The position numbers and the translations under genes were made by a program. Under the pieces are notes generated by a model. The model searched no databases. It had not been told where the DNA came from and saw nothing but the letters and a program-made list of their open reading frames with translations. Shown here piece after piece: positions 59,911 through 64,000 of a DNA stretch of 64,000 bases (positions within the stretch are counted from its first letter, which is position 1; each line of letters opens with the position of its first letter). This DNA comes from Mytilus edulis (lineage: Eukaryota): NCBI RefSeq assembly GCF_963676685.1, contig NC_092345.1, positions 52,514,001 through 52,578,000 on the forward strand, read 5' to 3'.

Positions 59911-62900
59911 ATGCACTTATTTATTTTGATTATTTTGCTCATTGCAGATTTTGTATATGTTAACAGGTCAGTACATGTATGTAATATATATTCACTTTGA
60001 CTCACCCAAAAAGAAAAAAAGACAAAATGAATTTGGTATGCACCAATAGGGAGGTAATAAAGTTAGCATTGATATAATATTAATAGGGTTGCAGGAGCGG
60101 TTTTATGTTTCAATTTAAAACATTAAAATGCATCAAAACAAAATCTGGCAATAAAACTAGCCTTTATACAAACAAGTATCTGGTAATCGATCCATCTTGA
60201 TAAAATTGGAAAAGATTGACTTTTCTCCGAAAGAAGGAATATCTGATTCATGGAAGAGACGCATTAAAAAAAGTAAATATGGAGGTTTGAACAATATTTA
60301 AGCGGTTTTCACGTATTCATGAATTGCCAAGAAATTTGAAATCAGAATATGGAAAAGTTTATATTGTCTTAAGCAAAAGATAAAAGCGTGCCTTTTTAGT
60401 GTTCTCGGTGTCTTAGGTGGCTGAGGTTATATTTGATAGATTTGTTTTTTTTTAAACCAGAATCAGAGATTATAGACTCCATGCTGAAGCATATGTCGCC
60501 TGCCAAAAGTTGAAATGTTCGAAAATTAAGATGTATAGAAGATCTGTTGCTTAGAATTATCACCAAACACAATTTTTATTTTAAAAAATACATTAATTTC
60601 AGTCAGGTATAAGAAGTGCAATATTTAATTTTAGTCAAACGACACCAGGGTATAATTTGAAAGCTTTGGGAGTCAAGGAATTTTTACGTTTTGATGCCAA
60701 CCATGATGGAACCATTACTTTAAGCGAATGGGAAACTGTTCTTCGAGGAGATGATGATGATGGTAAGTCCAATAAATGTTCAATGAAAACAGCGATGTTG
60801 GAAGGTACGGTATGTGCTCAAAGGAACCGGCGATGTTGGAAGGCACGTTATGTGCTTAAAGGAACCGGCGATAATGGAAGGCACGGTATGTGCTCAAAGG
60901 AACCGGTGATGTTGGAAGGTACGTTATGTGCTCAAAGAAACCGGCGATGTTGGAAGGTACGGTATTTGCTCAAAGGAACCGGCGATGTTGGAAGGCACGT
61001 TATGTGCTTAAAGGAACCGGCGATGTTGGAAGGCACGGTATATGCTCAAAGAAACCGGCGATTTTGGAAGGTACGTTATGTGCTCAAAGAAACAGGCGAT
61101 GTTGGAAGGTACGTTATGTGCTCAAAGGAACCGGTGATGTTGGAAGGTACTTTATGTGCTTAAATGAACCGGCGATGTTGGAAGGCACGGTATGTGCTCA
61201 AAGGAACCGGCGATGTTGGAAGGTACGTTATGTGCTCAAAGAAACCGGCGATGTTGGAAGGTACGTTATGTGCTCAAAGGAACCGTCGATGTTGGAAGGC
61301 ACGGTATGTGCTCAAAGGAACCGGCGATGTTGGAAGGTACGGTATGTGCTCAAGGGAATCGGCGATGTTGGAAGGCACGGTGTGTGCTCAAAAGAACCAG
61401 TGATGATGGAAGGTACGTTATGTGCTCAAAGGAACCGGTGATGTTGGAAGGTACGTTATGTGCTCAAAGGAACCGACGATGTTGGAAGGTACGGTATGTG
61501 CTCAAAGGAACCGGCAATGTTGGAAAGCACGGTATGTGTTCAAAGGAACCGGCGATGTTGGAAGGCATGGTACGTGCTCAAAGGAACCGGCGATATTGGA
61601 AGGCACGGGATGTGCTCAAAGGAACAGGCGATATTGGAAGGCACGGGATGTGCTCAAAGGAACAGGCGATATTGGAAGGCACGGGATGTGCTCAAAGAAG
61701 ACGATGATGATGGTAGGTACAATGTATGCCTAATGAAAACGACGACATCGGAAGGTACAACAAATGCTCAGAGAAGACGACGAGGTCTGAAGGTACAGTA
61801 TGTACTCGGAGGAGACGACGAGGTCTGAAGGTACAGTATGTACTCGGAGGAGACGACGAGGTCTGAAGGTACAGTATGTACTCAGAGGAGACGAGGTGTG
61901 AAGGTACAGTCTGTACTCAGAGGAGACAACGAGGTCTGAAGGTACAGTATGTACTCGGAGGAGACGACGAGGTCTGAAGGTACAGTTTTTACTCAGAGGA
62001 GACGAGGTCTGAAGGTACAGTATGTACTCAGAGGAGACGGCTAGGTCTGAAGGTACAGTATGTACTCGGAGGAGACGAGGTCTGAAGGTACAGTATTTGG
62101 TAAGAGGAGATGATGATGACGGTAGGTACAGTATTTGCTCAGAGGAGACGATGATGACGGTAGGTACAGAGTTTGCTCAGTAAAGATGATGACAATAGGA
62201 ACGATGTACATGCATGCTCAGAAGAGACGACGAAATTTGACAATGATGACGGTAGGTGCACATTTTGCAAAGTAAAGTTGACGTTGACAGTAATTTTTAG
62301 GGACGATGAGAAGGTGAGATTGACACGATTAGCGAAACATGATCTTTATAGCTCAAAAATATTGGATTACAAGAAAAATCATTGTCAATGTTTATGTCAT
62401 TTCCAATTTAATTTATCCATCTGCTAGTTGCTAGTATAAATCTTTGTCACTGTCTAAGTAAATTTTAATGTTTTTAGTTTTGATATTGACGACTTAATTT
62501 CTGTGATAGGTTATATTTTTGATACACACTGTACATCATTTTATTAATTACTCATTAATTTTGTTATTCTAGAGAGATTAAATCTTAAAAATATTCCCAA
62601 ATAGTAAAATAATTTGAATATGTACTTGTCTATATTACTTATTTTCTGGTTTTGTAAAAAAATGCCCTGAAAGACATCATTTTGGTAAGATGTTTGATTT
62701 TATCGCCAGCAAAATTGTATTTTTTTCCAATAGGTGACGGAATCATAACTTGTGACGAGTATGTTCGTCATTCGTCATCACCACATGACATTGCTTTAGG
62801 AGTACTGAACCAATTCAATGGCGGCGATTGTAAGTTAACGCACGATGAAGGAATGGTTCCATATCACCACATGGACGGAAACGGTAAATGTTTACTTATA

Positions 62901-63905
62901 TTATTTGTGATAGCCAAGTAGTGAAATATAAGTATCTATTTAACCTTTTTTCGTTAGAGTACACTTACCTTTTATTTCAGTTCGTATAAAATTTACAAAT
63001 GTATTATGAAAAAAGAAGAAAAGTGAGGATAATTAATGTAAAATAACTCTTTAATACTTCTCTGCGCTCGAAGCGCTTTTATTGGTTACCATTCATCAGG
63101 AACTCCCAGAGTAAAATATTTAAAAGCCAAAAAAGTACAGAAACAAGAGATGAGTTCCATGGCCCAACACAATTCTAAGGGTGACATCCAAATAACATAA
63201 GTTGAAGGAAAACACGCCATGGGGAAAACAGATATACGAAAATTCCACAAAATACCACATAGGATATATACTATTACAAAATATAGGCAATTCGAGTCCA
63301 ACATAATACCGGTGACAGATACTTGACTGGTCCATAAGCTCCTGCTCTACTAATGACACCCATTGTGTTGTTCATGGCCGGTAAAAATACTATGATAAAT
63401 TATCTTCTGTGATGTCGCAATCAGTGAACAGCACAGAATAAATGCTACGCCAAATTAAAAAACATATGTATGGTACTCTGTGAAATTCATTAACCATCAA
63501 CCAAGTCGTACATTTTTGTAATTACTGTAACTTACTATTAAGAGCCTCTGGTGCAAACGTTTCCTTGTAGTAAATGGAAACTATTGGAAACACAAGTCTT
63601 GTATAATGTTTCTACTTAGGAAATGAATGTTGACTTCATTTGTTTGTTAGAACTAGTGTGTTGATGCAAAGACATTAAAAATTCATAATAGAATAATTAA
63701 AATCGTCTTTCTTGACTGAAAGTTATGTAAAGTCATTACCACAGCTGGGATTATCCGTTGCTATAAATTAAGAAAACATATTTCTTTTTTTTTCATTGTT
63801 TTAATTGTTTAAAGAGCCTTTAAGAATAGATTTAATAACTGTTCGTTATTTATTTCAGGTGATGGAATTCTTCAAGAGATTGAGTTTATAAATTTCTACA
63901 TTCAG
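59911..63905 (+). CDS. Secreted EF-hand calcium-binding protein (shell-matrix EF-hand protein-like); 3' end lies beyond the window
   Basis: Exons 59911-59966 (signal peptide MHLFILIILLIADFVYVNS), 60635-60762, 62734-62883 and 63859-63905 are GT-AG and in frame. EF loops are DANHDGTITLSE, DDDG|DGIITCDE, a degenerate NGGDCKLTHDE, and DGNG|DGILQEIE. No stop codon occurs before the last donor. Confidence 0.85.
60775..62260 (+). repeat. 38-bp minisatellite with three sequence subfamilies in intron 2 of the EF-hand gene
   Basis: Subfamily A GCTCAAAGGAACCGGCGATGTTGGAAGGTACGGTATGT (about 60790-61695, about 24 units). Subfamily B GTACTCGGAGGAGACGACGAGGTCTGAAGGTACAGTAT (about 61765-62100). Subfamily C GAGGAGA(T/C)GATGATGA(T/C)GGTAGGTAC (about 61695 and 62100-62260). 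Confidence 0.95.
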
Positions 63906-64000
63906 GTAAATGTCCTTGAGAACTTGCATGACTTTTGTTCATAATTTTATTGCACATACGGCATATGAATTAATGTGTTTCTATTTCATTCTTTTTATAA

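Noticed and set aside
60657-61828. Several long ORFs (CSKEPAMLEGTVCAQRNRRCWK...) as a Cys-rich repeat protein, or the array as a CRISPR
   Set aside because: They are frame-cycling translations of a 38-bp intronic tandem repeat beyond a consensus GTAAGT donor. The units are head-to-tail with no unique spacers, there are no cas genes, and the context is eukaryotic.

Overview
AT-rich, intron-rich eukaryotic DNA. The repeat landscape and gene content suggest a bivalve mollusc, probably a Mytilus-like mussel (inference). I reconstructed six spliced gene models by hand from splice sites and reading frames. (1) A carbohydrate sulfotransferase-like gene (- strand) whose catalytic exon is interrupted by a 2-kb hAT-derived element with a 5-bp target-site duplication (TSD). 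(2, 3) Two tandem paralogous secreted beta-microseminoprotein (PSP94)-like genes (- strand) with identical exon 1 and exon 2 lengths but unrelated low-complexity C-terminal tails. (4) A 10-exon uncharacterised type I membrane protein (+ strand) with a 9-nt microexon and an intact minimal hammerhead ribozyme in its predicted 3' UTR. (5) Mitochondrial endonuclease G (- strand). (6) A secreted EF-hand protein (+ strand, running off the window end) whose intron 2 holds a 38-bp minisatellite that appears to have been amplified from the exon/intron junction. Mobile DNA includes a near-complete LINE (esterase ORF1 plus endonuclease-RT ORF2), Penelope-like fragments, a CAC...GTG element with a 5-bp TSD (Transib/RAG-like termini), a Tc1/pogo-type MITE, hAT MITEs, Helentron/HINE-like repeats, a Helitron, a tRNA-derived SINE and several long-hairpin elements. 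No database searches were run, so family names rest on motif recognition.
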